Below, piece after piece: positions 19,201-27,383 of a stretch of DNA of 64,000 nt (position 1 is its first letter; the number at the start of each line of letters is the position of its first letter). The notes below the pieces were generated by a model that had not been told where the DNA came from, made no database searches, and worked only from the letters and a program-made list of their open reading frames with translations. The position numbers and the translations under genes are program-made. Source of the DNA: a virus; IMG/VR virus record IMGVR_UViG_3300025276_004419, positions 32,001 to 96,000 of that record, one strand, 5' to 3'.

Positions 19201-19679
19201 AAGAAGGATATAAATATGGTGAATTATCCACAGGTGGGGACATAACAGAAAATATGGCTAAAACGGCAGGATTAGTACTTTCAACTTTAAAGCAAAAATT
19301 ACCTGGAGTTAGACTTGAAATCACTGCTGGTAATGATAAATACCATCAAGATTATAAAATGCAAAAAGCAACTAAAAATCAATACTATAATTCAAACCAT
19401 CTTACTGGTGGTGGGGTAGATTTTATAGTAATAGGTGGAGCAAACCCAAAACAAGTTAGCAACGTATTATACGCCATATTTTTAGGTACACCTAAATTAG
19501 GATTTTTAAATGAATATGGTTATAAAACAGCAGCTACATCAGGAAAGCATTTCCACATAGCATATGCTGATAGCGCATCATCACGTGATGGTAGAATTAC
19601 TACTTTAGAAGAAGCTAAAGATACCTTAAAACGATTAGAAAAATACGGAGGGCTTACTCCTATAACCTTAAACATATAA
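16293..19679 (+). CDS. Baseplate hub protein with C-terminal M15-type (DD-peptidase fold) peptidoglycan hydrolase domain
   Basis: 1128 aa after the LysM wedge gene; hub-like MPGLTS...GSLREA..., GNYDAFFGKVKNFSW, LEGISGIRIY; C-terminal SNHLTGGGVD and KHFHI zinc motifs. Confidence 0.7.
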   Translation: MADSNFEGTNLLGGPFKPYVDEQVSQRQTRLGSIQKSQEDIVWENGKSAYLALASSVDIENTIYREIKNEVREVSVAPFNPTNSKSIIFDNTQTTLRNIETEVTKIHNDGEKRIKQLGLPKEYFGNQLANNLVLFGGTAYFKTNDADENDTITSNEYSNPYYRSGLATSDSLLNESAYGFGGTSFGLSAMPGLTSFNIKSRNMGSLREASITIRANNKKQFSLIDSLYCRIGYTMFMEWGNSIYFNNGGKYVSNPNAEGVTSLLPVFLSGTNGNKSISDNPSQFLQLIEERREKSNGNYDAFFGKVKNFSWEFNPAGYYEISLSLISQGDIIESLNIDGQYGGTSTVGNVTGPLQPSPNETSALTSFLTTAASPSKEERTIVIAASFGPDGSAPEQEINISKFQNYKTFLLPDVTTSKTTSANLGVSATTTNTTESIALDTIESLNYDRLKSSIGKIVSGTAVFSSEKPYFYIRLGDILDFIKDRLLIYTSEGNNEPILDIDTDTDKNICYYSGINVSADPSKVMVKAGLPYTKELLKGLKYNPIIKKDGTQDEDWEWDVNTPNIFDDPDAKLEQYSSQENPNNTTESFALHGKIMNIYFEYEYLLNAIKGLRNEKTGTISLYDFVDELCQTANSCLGGVNKLSIRLEDDRIMRIYDQSPIYGTQNVEGSVINLYGINPTGSLGNQGSFVTDFNIKTELTNDFATQVTIGAQAQSNNVGSDATGLSAWNSGLKDRFFPEKIDSLRKNNGTTTPTTQDRINKLTQQLKYLWLGYSEANITSITNTTFTSAANSNTSDNVLWFEHFDTKRFSSFVKLQKNWLQEIIKLENENFNKIQVKADKSTLGTNQIGMIPINISVTLEGISGIRIYDKLEVDTRFLPDYYPQTLIWIIKGVSHEIQNNKWYTKLETIAVPKLPGSQNFDYILGNKREDGDLKNSLDTANLTGFTGPTPNADRLRVLIANLDGVVERKKEGYKYGELSTGGDITENMAKTAGLVLSTLKQKLPGVRLEITAGNDKYHQDYKMQKATKNQYYNSNHLTGGGVDFIVIGGANPKQVSNVLYAIFLGTPKLGFLNEYGYKTAATSGKHFHIAYADSASSRDGRITTLEEAKDTLKRLEKYGGLTPITLNI

Positions 19680-19680
19680 A

Positions 19681-20274
19681 ATGTATTTTCCAAAATCCCA
19701 AATACAAACTGGATTTTTTAGTAATAATGATTTAGCTATATCTGAAACTAAATCTTTATATGTAGGTCCTTATTTTAAAACTTCTGACGGGAGGTCTTAC
19801 TCTGGTAAAGAACCTAATGATGGTCGTAATGTCCTTTTAACCCCGACATCCGAATTAAATACAACAGCAAATGTTAATCTACCTGGTAATGATGTATACC
19901 AAGATCCTAGATTTAATGCACCAAACTTAGCATACAGCATTTTAAGTGGTAAAACTAAAAACAACCCCCCCTATTCCCCAATATCATACTTCCCAATCCT
20001 AACTCAGGATGATAAGGAAAATGGTGAATTTACTAGGTATTTTGCTAAAAAGTCAAACCAAAATATTTACACTGAAACCTCTGCAACTAACTATTTATTA
20101 TCTGTAGATAGTGCTTTGTATTTAAACTTTGAATTACAATGGGTTATAAGTGGAGAAAAGGAAAATGTTAGACAAATAAACGCAAAACAAATTGGATTTG
20201 TAGAGAAAAATTTACAGATTGATGGTCTAGGAGGATTCTTAAGATTTAATTATCTACAATTCTATCAAGAGTGA
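19681..20274 (+). CDS. Hypothetical structural protein
   Basis: 197 aa at the end of the tail operon; MYFPKSQI..., FTRYFAKK. Confidence 0.65.
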   Translation: MYFPKSQIQTGFFSNNDLAISETKSLYVGPYFKTSDGRSYSGKEPNDGRNVLLTPTSELNTTANVNLPGNDVYQDPRFNAPNLAYSILSGKTKNNPPYSPISYFPILTQDDKENGEFTRYFAKKSNQNIYTETSATNYLLSVDSALYLNFELQWVISGEKENVRQINAKQIGFVEKNLQIDGLGGFLRFNYLQFYQE

Positions 20275-20306
20275 TAATGTAAAAAAAAGGTTGTATATTC
20301 ACATCC

Positions 20307-21566
20307 ATGTTTTGGTTAATAGAAAATAATAAACAATTTGAGGTTTTAAAGAATAGTGGTTTTAAAGAAGCGTTTGTAGAAGTTATATCAAATAACCCAT
20401 ACCAACATCCCTCACAAAACTCTATTATTGGCTTTTATGTAAGACCTATCCAAGGTCATAAGGGGTATATTCTACCTACATCTCATCCCGAATGTGAAAA
20501 CATATTTGAAGATGAGATTTACTTATGGTTAAAGGGGTTAGAGACGATATATGTTAGAGACAAGAAAGAGTTTCTACATTACACGATATTAAAACAGCTC
20601 GTAGATATAACATTGGGATCTCCTCCGTATATACTTCCACAAACTACCGCTCATTCTACATTATATAGGAGATTTCCGGATCTATTAACGGTAAACCAAC
20701 TCGTGCCAATTACCAAGCATTATGAGGTTTGCGAGCAAGTATATGATGATTTGGAGCACCGTGTTAATACCGCGGTAAACCCGTTCTATAATGACCGGGC
20801 TGCGTTGGTGTTTAACGCTATAGAGCGTAATGGCATAAAAATTGATAAGAATGAATTTGAAAAACATTTCCACCCAGTTGAAGACGAATATGTCTACACT
20901 GCTTACAACTATAAAACGCTTACGACTAGACCTTCTAACAAGTTTGGCGGAGTTAATTACGCGGCACTTTCTCATAAGGACGGGTCCCGAAAAAGTTTTA
21001 TTCCACGTAATAACAGGTTTGTGGAGTTTGATATTGGTGCTTACCATCCCACTTTGGCTGCCATGCTTGTGGATTACGAATTTGGTGATAAAGACATTCA
21101 CAAGTCATTTGCCGAGATGTATAAAGTGGATTATGCGAAAGCAAAGGAATTAACATTTAAACAATTATACGGAGGGGTATTTGATAACTATAAAGATCTT
21201 CCGTTTTTTAAGGCTACAAGTGAGTATATACGTACGACCTGGGAAACCTTTCAAACAGAAGGCGTTATCACATGCCCTATCTCTCATTACGAATACAAAA
21301 ATGACGTTTTAGAGGATATGAATCCTCAAAAGTTATTCAACTATATCTTACAAAATATGGAGACAAGCTTGAATATCGAGATATTATTTCGTATATTCAC
21401 ATTATTGAAAGGTATGAATACCAAATTGGTTCTTTACACATATGATTCATTTTTACTCGATGTGGATGATAGTGAATTAGCTGTGCTAGAACAGATTAAA
21501 AAGGTTTTTTATAAATTAAAGTTACAAATAAAAGAAAAGAATGGAATCAACTACGATTTTGCCTAG
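20307..21566 (+). CDS. Compact, divergent family-A DNA polymerase-like protein
   Basis: TLTTRPS (TGR-like), motif A EFDIGAYHP, motif B AKELTFKQLYG, motif C LYTYDSFL; only 419 aa. Confidence 0.75.
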   Translation: MFWLIENNKQFEVLKNSGFKEAFVEVISNNPYQHPSQNSIIGFYVRPIQGHKGYILPTSHPECENIFEDEIYLWLKGLETIYVRDKKEFLHYTILKQLVDITLGSPPYILPQTTAHSTLYRRFPDLLTVNQLVPITKHYEVCEQVYDDLEHRVNTAVNPFYNDRAALVFNAIERNGIKIDKNEFEKHFHPVEDEYVYTAYNYKTLTTRPSNKFGGVNYAALSHKDGSRKSFIPRNNRFVEFDIGAYHPTLAAMLVDYEFGDKDIHKSFAEMYKVDYAKAKELTFKQLYGGVFDNYKDLPFFKATSEYIRTTWETFQTEGVITCPISHYEYKNDVLEDMNPQKLFNYILQNMETSLNIEILFRIFTLLKGMNTKLVLYTYDSFLLDVDDSELAVLEQIKKVFYKLKLQIKEKNGINYDFA

Positions 21567-22005
21567 TTACGACTATATTTATGGGTTAGACACACCATCA
21601 TCCCAAAATAAAATAGATTTGAATAATAAGTTATTTTGCACCTTTACTAGCCTAGAAAACCTAGACCAATTAGTAGAAGATCTGCAATCACAGTACACAA
21701 TCATGTACAATAAAATGTTTGTACTACATATAAAAAGTAACGACGAGTATGTTGTTACATATAATGTTGACCAACATAATGTATCCTCAATTCCAGAGAA
21801 TACAATTTTAGTTCACCGTAAAAAAGATAGTAATACACTTTACACTATTAACGCCCTAAACGAATTAATAAAACGTTTAAATGGAGGTGTTGTAGATTCG
21901 CGTTTTAGAGTAGACTGGCAACACTATCGTAATACAATCCTTTTAACTCAACAGAATGAGCTTAAAGAACTAAAAACAAAAATCCACAAAATCATTGAAC
22001 TATAA
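21541..22005 (+). CDS. Hypothetical protein
   Basis: ORF track; in the replication block; true start may be downstream. Confidence 0.65.
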   Translation: MESTTILPSYDYIYGLDTPSSQNKIDLNNKLFCTFTSLENLDQLVEDLQSQYTIMYNKMFVLHIKSNDEYVVTYNVDQHNVSSIPENTILVHRKKDSNTLYTINALNELIKRLNGGVVDSRFRVDWQHYRNTILLTQQNELKELKTKIHKIIEL

Positions 22006-22035
22006 TTTGGAGTCCACCAAATAGTTTCGTATATT
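22006..22035 (+). promoter_or_regulatory. Host-type (Bacteroidota sigma70-like) promoter TTTGG-N17-CGTATATT
   Basis: Same bipartite motif and spacing at 35119, 42517, 45170 and 62747. Confidence 0.7.
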
Positions 22036-22060
22036 TAATCATTAATAAAAAGTTATAAAC

Positions 22061-22885
22061 ATGGATTTAGATGTAATCAAGCAGCGCCTGGAGGCTCTGC
22101 AAAAACCAACCTCCAACAATTCCAACAATGGTAAGTCATTGTTCTGGAAACCATCAGTAGGGAAACAAACGATTCGTATTGTTCCTTCTAAGTTTAATAA
22201 AGCAACACCATTCAGTGAATTGTATTTCCATTATGGTATTGGGAAACCAGTAATGATTTCTCCAATCAATTTTGAAGAAAAAGATCCACTAGTAGAGTTC
22301 GCTAAAAAACTCCGTCAAACCGACCAACCAGAGAACTGGAAATTGGCTAAAAAGCTCGAACCAAAAGTTCGTTATTTTGCCCCTGTTATTGTTCGTGGTA
22401 TGGAAGATGAGGGTGTTAAGATTTGGCAGTTCGGTAAAGAGCTATACTCATCATTTTTGTCAATGGCAATGGATGAAGAAGTAGGTGATTTTACTGATGT
22501 AGTTGCTGGTCGTGATATCAAGCTTACTACTGAAGGACCAGAAATGACAGGTACTAAGTACAATCGTACTATAGCTACTCCTTCAATGAAGCAAACATCA
22601 TTAGATGCTGATGCTTCAAAAGTAGAGTCTTGGTTAAGTAATCAAGTAGATCCACAAGGAGTATTTAAGCAAGTTCCTTACGATGAAATGAAAACAAACC
22701 TTGAGTCTTGGTTATCTCCAGAAGATGCTGCCCAAGAAGGTGATATCATTGATGATGAAAAGGATTCAACAACTCCTCAAACCAATTACTCGCTTAACAC
22801 TTCTACTGACAACGTAAAGAAAACTAAACTCGACAAGTTCGATAGTTTATTCGAAGACAGTAATAGTAATGATCTGCCCTTCTAA
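22061..22885 (+). CDS. Single-stranded DNA-binding protein (T4 gp32-like)
   Basis: FWKPSVG..TIRIVP, LYFHY, GVKIWQFGK, GRDIKL; acidic tail ending DLPF. Confidence 0.85.
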   Translation: MDLDVIKQRLEALQKPTSNNSNNGKSLFWKPSVGKQTIRIVPSKFNKATPFSELYFHYGIGKPVMISPINFEEKDPLVEFAKKLRQTDQPENWKLAKKLEPKVRYFAPVIVRGMEDEGVKIWQFGKELYSSFLSMAMDEEVGDFTDVVAGRDIKLTTEGPEMTGTKYNRTIATPSMKQTSLDADASKVESWLSNQVDPQGVFKQVPYDEMKTNLESWLSPEDAAQEGDIIDDEKDSTTPQTNYSLNTSTDNVKKTKLDKFDSLFEDSNSNDLPF

Positions 22886-22887
22886 GT

Positions 22888-23970
22888 ATGGCTAGAAAAG
22901 CAAGTAAATCTCTAACAGCAGCAGTGTCTGCCGAGATAAAATCTAAGTTTGATCTTAGTGGCTTTAAGGATAAGAAAGGTCTTAGTGGGAACGTTAAGTT
23001 TAAACCCCAACAGTGGGTCCCACTAAGTAACGCCTTCCAAGAAGTTACTTCAGTACCTGGAATACCTACAGGTCATATTGTTCTTTTAAGAGGACATAGT
23101 GATACAGGTAAAACTACAGCACTCATTGAGGCTGCTGTTAGTGCCCAAAAAACAGGTATTCTCCCAGTATTCATTATTACTGAAATGAAATGGAACTGGG
23201 AACACGCTATGCAAATGGGTTTAGACATTGAAGAAGTATTTGATAAAGAAACAGGTGAATTGACAGATTACCAAGGTAATTTTATTTACGCTGATCGTGA
23301 AACTATCCATACTATTGAAGATGTTGCCGCTTTTATTCTTGACTTACTAGATGAGCAGAAAAAAGGCAACCTACCATATGATTTAATGTTCCTTTGGGAT
23401 TCTATAGGTTCAGTTCCATGTGAGCTATCTATTAGATCTAATAAGAACAATAATGAGTGGAATGCCGGTGCTATGTCAACTCAATTTGGTAATAGTGTTA
23501 ATCAAAGGATTACATTATCACGTAAAGAAAGTTCTGTACATACAAACACATTAGTTTGTATAAATAAAGTTTGGACAGCAAAAGCAGAATCACCTATGGG
23601 TAAACCCAAGCTGATGAATAAAGGTGGGTTTGCTATGTGGTTTGATGCTACGTTTGTAGTTACATTTGGTAATATTGCTAATGCTGGAACATCTAAAATC
23701 AAAGCGATTAAAGATAAGAAGCAAGTTGAATTTGCTAAGCGTACTAATCTACAAATTGATAAAAACCACATTAATGGTCTTACCACTAGAGGTAAAATTA
23801 TTATGACACCCCATGGTTTTATTGAGGACACTGAAAAGGACCTTAAAAAGTATAAAGATGACCATACCGCAGAATGGAGTAAGATCCTGGGTGGTGGTGA
23901 TTTTGATATTATTGAGGAAGTTTACGAGGAACCCTTACCACAAGTTTTCACAGAACAAGAACCAAGTTAA
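22888..23970 (+). CDS. RecA/UvsX-like recombinase
   Basis: Walker A GHSDTGKTT, Walker B FLWDSIG, INKVW, KGGFAMWF. Confidence 0.85.
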   Translation: MARKASKSLTAAVSAEIKSKFDLSGFKDKKGLSGNVKFKPQQWVPLSNAFQEVTSVPGIPTGHIVLLRGHSDTGKTTALIEAAVSAQKTGILPVFIITEMKWNWEHAMQMGLDIEEVFDKETGELTDYQGNFIYADRETIHTIEDVAAFILDLLDEQKKGNLPYDLMFLWDSIGSVPCELSIRSNKNNNEWNAGAMSTQFGNSVNQRITLSRKESSVHTNTLVCINKVWTAKAESPMGKPKLMNKGGFAMWFDATFVVTFGNIANAGTSKIKAIKDKKQVEFAKRTNLQIDKNHINGLTTRGKIIMTPHGFIEDTEKDLKKYKDDHTAEWSKILGGGDFDIIEEVYEEPLPQVFTEQEPS

Positions 23971-23973
23971 ATT

Positions 23974-25023
23974 ATGGCAAATAAGGATTTATTAGAGCTC
24001 CTCAATAACATGGATAAGGAGCCGGAGACACCCTCCTCGCAACATGAAAGAGTTTTATTTATTGACGGTCTAAATCTATTTTTTAGAAACTTCGCAATGC
24101 TTAACATTGTAAATGAGCACGGCGTTCATGTAGGAGGGTTAGGAGGATTTGTTCGTTCATTGGGGACTCTAATAAATGCTATTCAGCCAACAGCAATGTA
24201 TGTTATCTTTGATGGAGAGAATTCATCAATGAATCGTAAAAATATCCTCTCAGAATATAAGGCAGGCCGTCATCAGTCTCGTATTACTAACTGGGAAATA
24301 TTTGAAGATGTAGGAGATGAACATGATGCTAAATTAGATCAAATAGTAAGGTTAATCGATTATTTGAAGTGTCTCCCTGTAAAAACCATAGCGCTCGACA
24401 AAGTAGAGGCCGACGATATAATCGCGCATTTAGCGACGACTATCACCAATACTCATGACAACTCTCGAGCGTTTATTGTATCAAGTGATAAAGATTTTAT
24501 TCAATTAACAAGTAATAAAATTTGTGTGTATCGTCCTATTGAAAAGGATTTTTACACACCTGAAACTGTAATAGAAAAATTTCAAGTATTACCTGAGAAT
24601 TTTATTTTATATAAAGTCCTAATGGGTGATGCTTCAGATAAAATCCCTGGTATAAAAGGTTTAGGGGAGAAAAAATTACGTAAATTATTCCCTGAATTAA
24701 ATGAACGTAAATTAACATTAGATGATATCTTTGAAATAGCAGCAGAAAAACACAAGGAACATCTTATCTATTCTCGTATAGTATTTGACGAGCAGAGCCT
24801 ACGTAAAAATTATAAAATCATGGATTTACATAATCCAATGGTAGATGATTTAGAAAAGGCCTACCTAGAGGAACAAATAGATGTTGATCCACCCGTGCTA
24901 AACCAAAAAGCTTTTCTTAGATTCTATCAAGAGGATGGGTTACGTCATCTAATTAAAAACCCTGAATTTTGGGTTAATAACCAGTTCCAAACATTAAATA
25001 GTTTTGTAAATGACTCTAAGTGA
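23974..25023 (+). CDS. 5'-3' exonuclease / flap endonuclease (T4 RNase H-like)
   Basis: IDGLNLFFR, FDG, EYKAGR, EADDIIA, SSDKDF, MGDASDKIPGIKGLG. Confidence 0.92.
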   Translation: MANKDLLELLNNMDKEPETPSSQHERVLFIDGLNLFFRNFAMLNIVNEHGVHVGGLGGFVRSLGTLINAIQPTAMYVIFDGENSSMNRKNILSEYKAGRHQSRITNWEIFEDVGDEHDAKLDQIVRLIDYLKCLPVKTIALDKVEADDIIAHLATTITNTHDNSRAFIVSSDKDFIQLTSNKICVYRPIEKDFYTPETVIEKFQVLPENFILYKVLMGDASDKIPGIKGLGEKKLRKLFPELNERKLTLDDIFEIAAEKHKEHLIYSRIVFDEQSLRKNYKIMDLHNPMVDDLEKAYLEEQIDVDPPVLNQKAFLRFYQEDGLRHLIKNPEFWVNNQFQTLNSFVNDSK

Positions 25024-26377
25024 TCTAAATAAGTATGGCCCAGCATTTCAAATTAAGGTTATTCATTCCTTACTCGATCGTAAAGAATTTTTAATTAACA
25101 TCCATGATATACTGGATTCATCGTATTTTGATAATCAAGCCCATAAGTGGATTATCGATAACATTTTAAAGTATTATAATGAATATCATACTACCCCTAC
25201 ACCAGAGGTATTAAAATCAGAATATGAAAAGGTTACTAATGATGTTTTAAAATTATCTATTAGAGAACAACTTAGAGATGCTTATAAAATAATATCTACA
25301 GATTCAGAATATATCCAAACTGAATTTTCAGCATTTTGTAAGAACCAACAACTGAAAAAAGCACTATTAGGTAGTGTTGATTTACTTAAAGCTGAAGATT
25401 ATGATTCAATTCGTGGTTTAATTGATAATGCTTTAAAAGCTGGGATGGATAAGCATATTGGACATGAATATCTTAAAGATTTTGAAACACGTTATCGTGA
25501 AGAACAAAGAATTACTATCCCAACCCCATGGAAAGAATTTAATGATATCCTTCAAGGTGGTTTAGGTAATGGTGATTTTGGTTTAATATTTGGTGGTCCA
25601 GGTGCTGGTAAATCTTGGTCATTAGTTGCTTTAGCGGGTAATGCTGTAAAAATGGGATTTAATGTAGTCTATTATACATTAGAGTTAGGTGAGGATTATG
25701 TAGGTAGAAGATTTGATGCTCATTTTACTAAAATCCCAGCTAATGAAATTATGATGCACAAAGATAAGGTTGAAGAAGTAATGACTAAGTTACCTGGCAA
25801 TCTTATTATCAAAGAATTCCCACCAAATAAGGCATCTATGTCGACTATTGAATCACACATCCAGAAATGTGAGGATTTAGGTACTAAAATAGATTTGGTA
25901 GTTATTGATTATGTTGACCTACTTCGTTCAAAGAAAACAAGTAAGGAGCGTAAGGAAGAAATTGATGATATTTATATAAGCACGAAAGCATTAGCCCGCG
26001 AACTTAATATCCCAATTTGGTCCGCTTCTCAAGTTAACAGACAAGGAGCACAAGACGAGATTATTGAAGGACATAAAGCAGCGGGCTCTTATGACAAAAT
26101 GATGATTACAGATTTTGCGGCTTCAATCAGCCGTCGTGCTAAAGACAAACAAACTGGAGTTGGTAAACTTCATATAATGAAGAATAGATACGGGATGGAT
26201 GGACTTACTTACAACGCTGCTATTAATATCGCTATTGGTGAATATAGAATCGTCAATGATGCAGAGTTTGAAGAGTTAGCTGGAACACCTGAATTTAATT
26301 CAAATGAAAATGCTAAAATACAAGACAACTTTAGTTTGTCAGAAAAAGATCGGTTGCGCAATTTATTACATTCTTAA
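25010..26377 (+). CDS. DnaB-like replicative helicase
   Basis: GGPGAGKS, YYTLELG, VIDYVDLL, WSASQVNR, IMKNRYG. Confidence 0.92.
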   Translation: MTLSDLNKYGPAFQIKVIHSLLDRKEFLINIHDILDSSYFDNQAHKWIIDNILKYYNEYHTTPTPEVLKSEYEKVTNDVLKLSIREQLRDAYKIISTDSEYIQTEFSAFCKNQQLKKALLGSVDLLKAEDYDSIRGLIDNALKAGMDKHIGHEYLKDFETRYREEQRITIPTPWKEFNDILQGGLGNGDFGLIFGGPGAGKSWSLVALAGNAVKMGFNVVYYTLELGEDYVGRRFDAHFTKIPANEIMMHKDKVEEVMTKLPGNLIIKEFPPNKASMSTIESHIQKCEDLGTKIDLVVIDYVDLLRSKKTSKERKEEIDDIYISTKALARELNIPIWSASQVNRQGAQDEIIEGHKAAGSYDKMMITDFAASISRRAKDKQTGVGKLHIMKNRYGMDGLTYNAAINIAIGEYRIVNDAEFEELAGTPEFNSNENAKIQDNFSLSEKDRLRNLLHS

Positions 26378-26397
26378 TTTAAAATTTAAAAACTACA

Positions 26398-27381
26398 ATG
26401 GCAAAAAAAGACCTTTTGCAGGAACGCATCGTTTACAAACCATTCGAATATCAAGAAGCAGCTGATTTTTGGTTAAAACAACAACAAGCCCACTGGCTCC
26501 ACACAGAAATCCCAATGATGAGCGATATCACGGATTGGAATTCAAATTTAAATGAAACAGAAAAAAACATTATTGGGTCTATCCTTAAAGGATTTGCCCA
26601 AACAGAAACAGTTGTAAATGATTATTGGACCCAATTAGTTACTAAATGGTTTAGAAAACCAGAAGTTATTATGATGGCTACAACATTTGGTGCGTTTGAA
26701 ACAATACACGCTGAAGCATATTCACTATTAAATGAAACACTTGGTCTTGAGAATTTCGATGAATTTATGGAAGATGAGGCTACGATGGCTAAAATTGAAA
26801 ACCTTACTACTCTTAGAGATAGTTTTACTGGTGAGAAAGATGTCCATGAAATTGCTAAATCACTCGCTATATTCTCAGCATTTACCGAGGGAGTTAATTT
26901 ATTCTCTTCCTTCGCCGTCCTCTTATCTTTTAAGATGCGAAACAAGCTTAAGGGAGTGGGTCAAATTGTTGAATGGTCTATTAGAGATGAATCCCTCCAT
27001 TCAGAAGCTGGATGTTGGTTATTCAGAACACTTATCGATGAAAATCCTAAAGTCAAAACACCAGAGCTTGAAGCAGCAATAAACGAAGCAGCATTACTTT
27101 CATTAAAACTCGAATTAGATTTTATTAGAAAGTGTTATGAGTTAGGTGATTTAGAAGGATGTTCTCAATATGATTTAGAAAACTTTATTAAAAATAGAGT
27201 TAATATAAAATTGGGTGACTTAGGTTACAAACCAATCATTGAAGGTATAGATATGACAGCTGTAGAAAGAATGAGTTGGTTTGGCGCTTTATCAGGTGGT
27301 AAACAACATACAGATTTCTTCGCAAATAGAGTAACAAATTATTCAAAAGGCCACATGGAGTGGGATGAAAGTATATTTTAA
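26398..27381 (+). CDS. nrdB: Class I ribonucleotide reductase beta subunit
   Basis: YKPFEY, ETIHAEAYS, EGVNLFSSF, SIRDESLHS, DFFANR. Confidence 0.95.
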   Translation: MAKKDLLQERIVYKPFEYQEAADFWLKQQQAHWLHTEIPMMSDITDWNSNLNETEKNIIGSILKGFAQTETVVNDYWTQLVTKWFRKPEVIMMATTFGAFETIHAEAYSLLNETLGLENFDEFMEDEATMAKIENLTTLRDSFTGEKDVHEIAKSLAIFSAFTEGVNLFSSFAVLLSFKMRNKLKGVGQIVEWSIRDESLHSEAGCWLFRTLIDENPKVKTPELEAAINEAALLSLKLELDFIRKCYELGDLEGCSQYDLENFIKNRVNIKLGDLGYKPIIEGIDMTAVERMSWFGALSGGKQHTDFFANRVTNYSKGHMEWDESIF

Positions 27382-27383
27382 TT

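Noticed and set aside
20307-21566. PolA pseudogene
   Set aside because: The ORF is intact, has its own promoter-like box and retains the catalytic Asp residues; no frameshifted remnant is adjacent.
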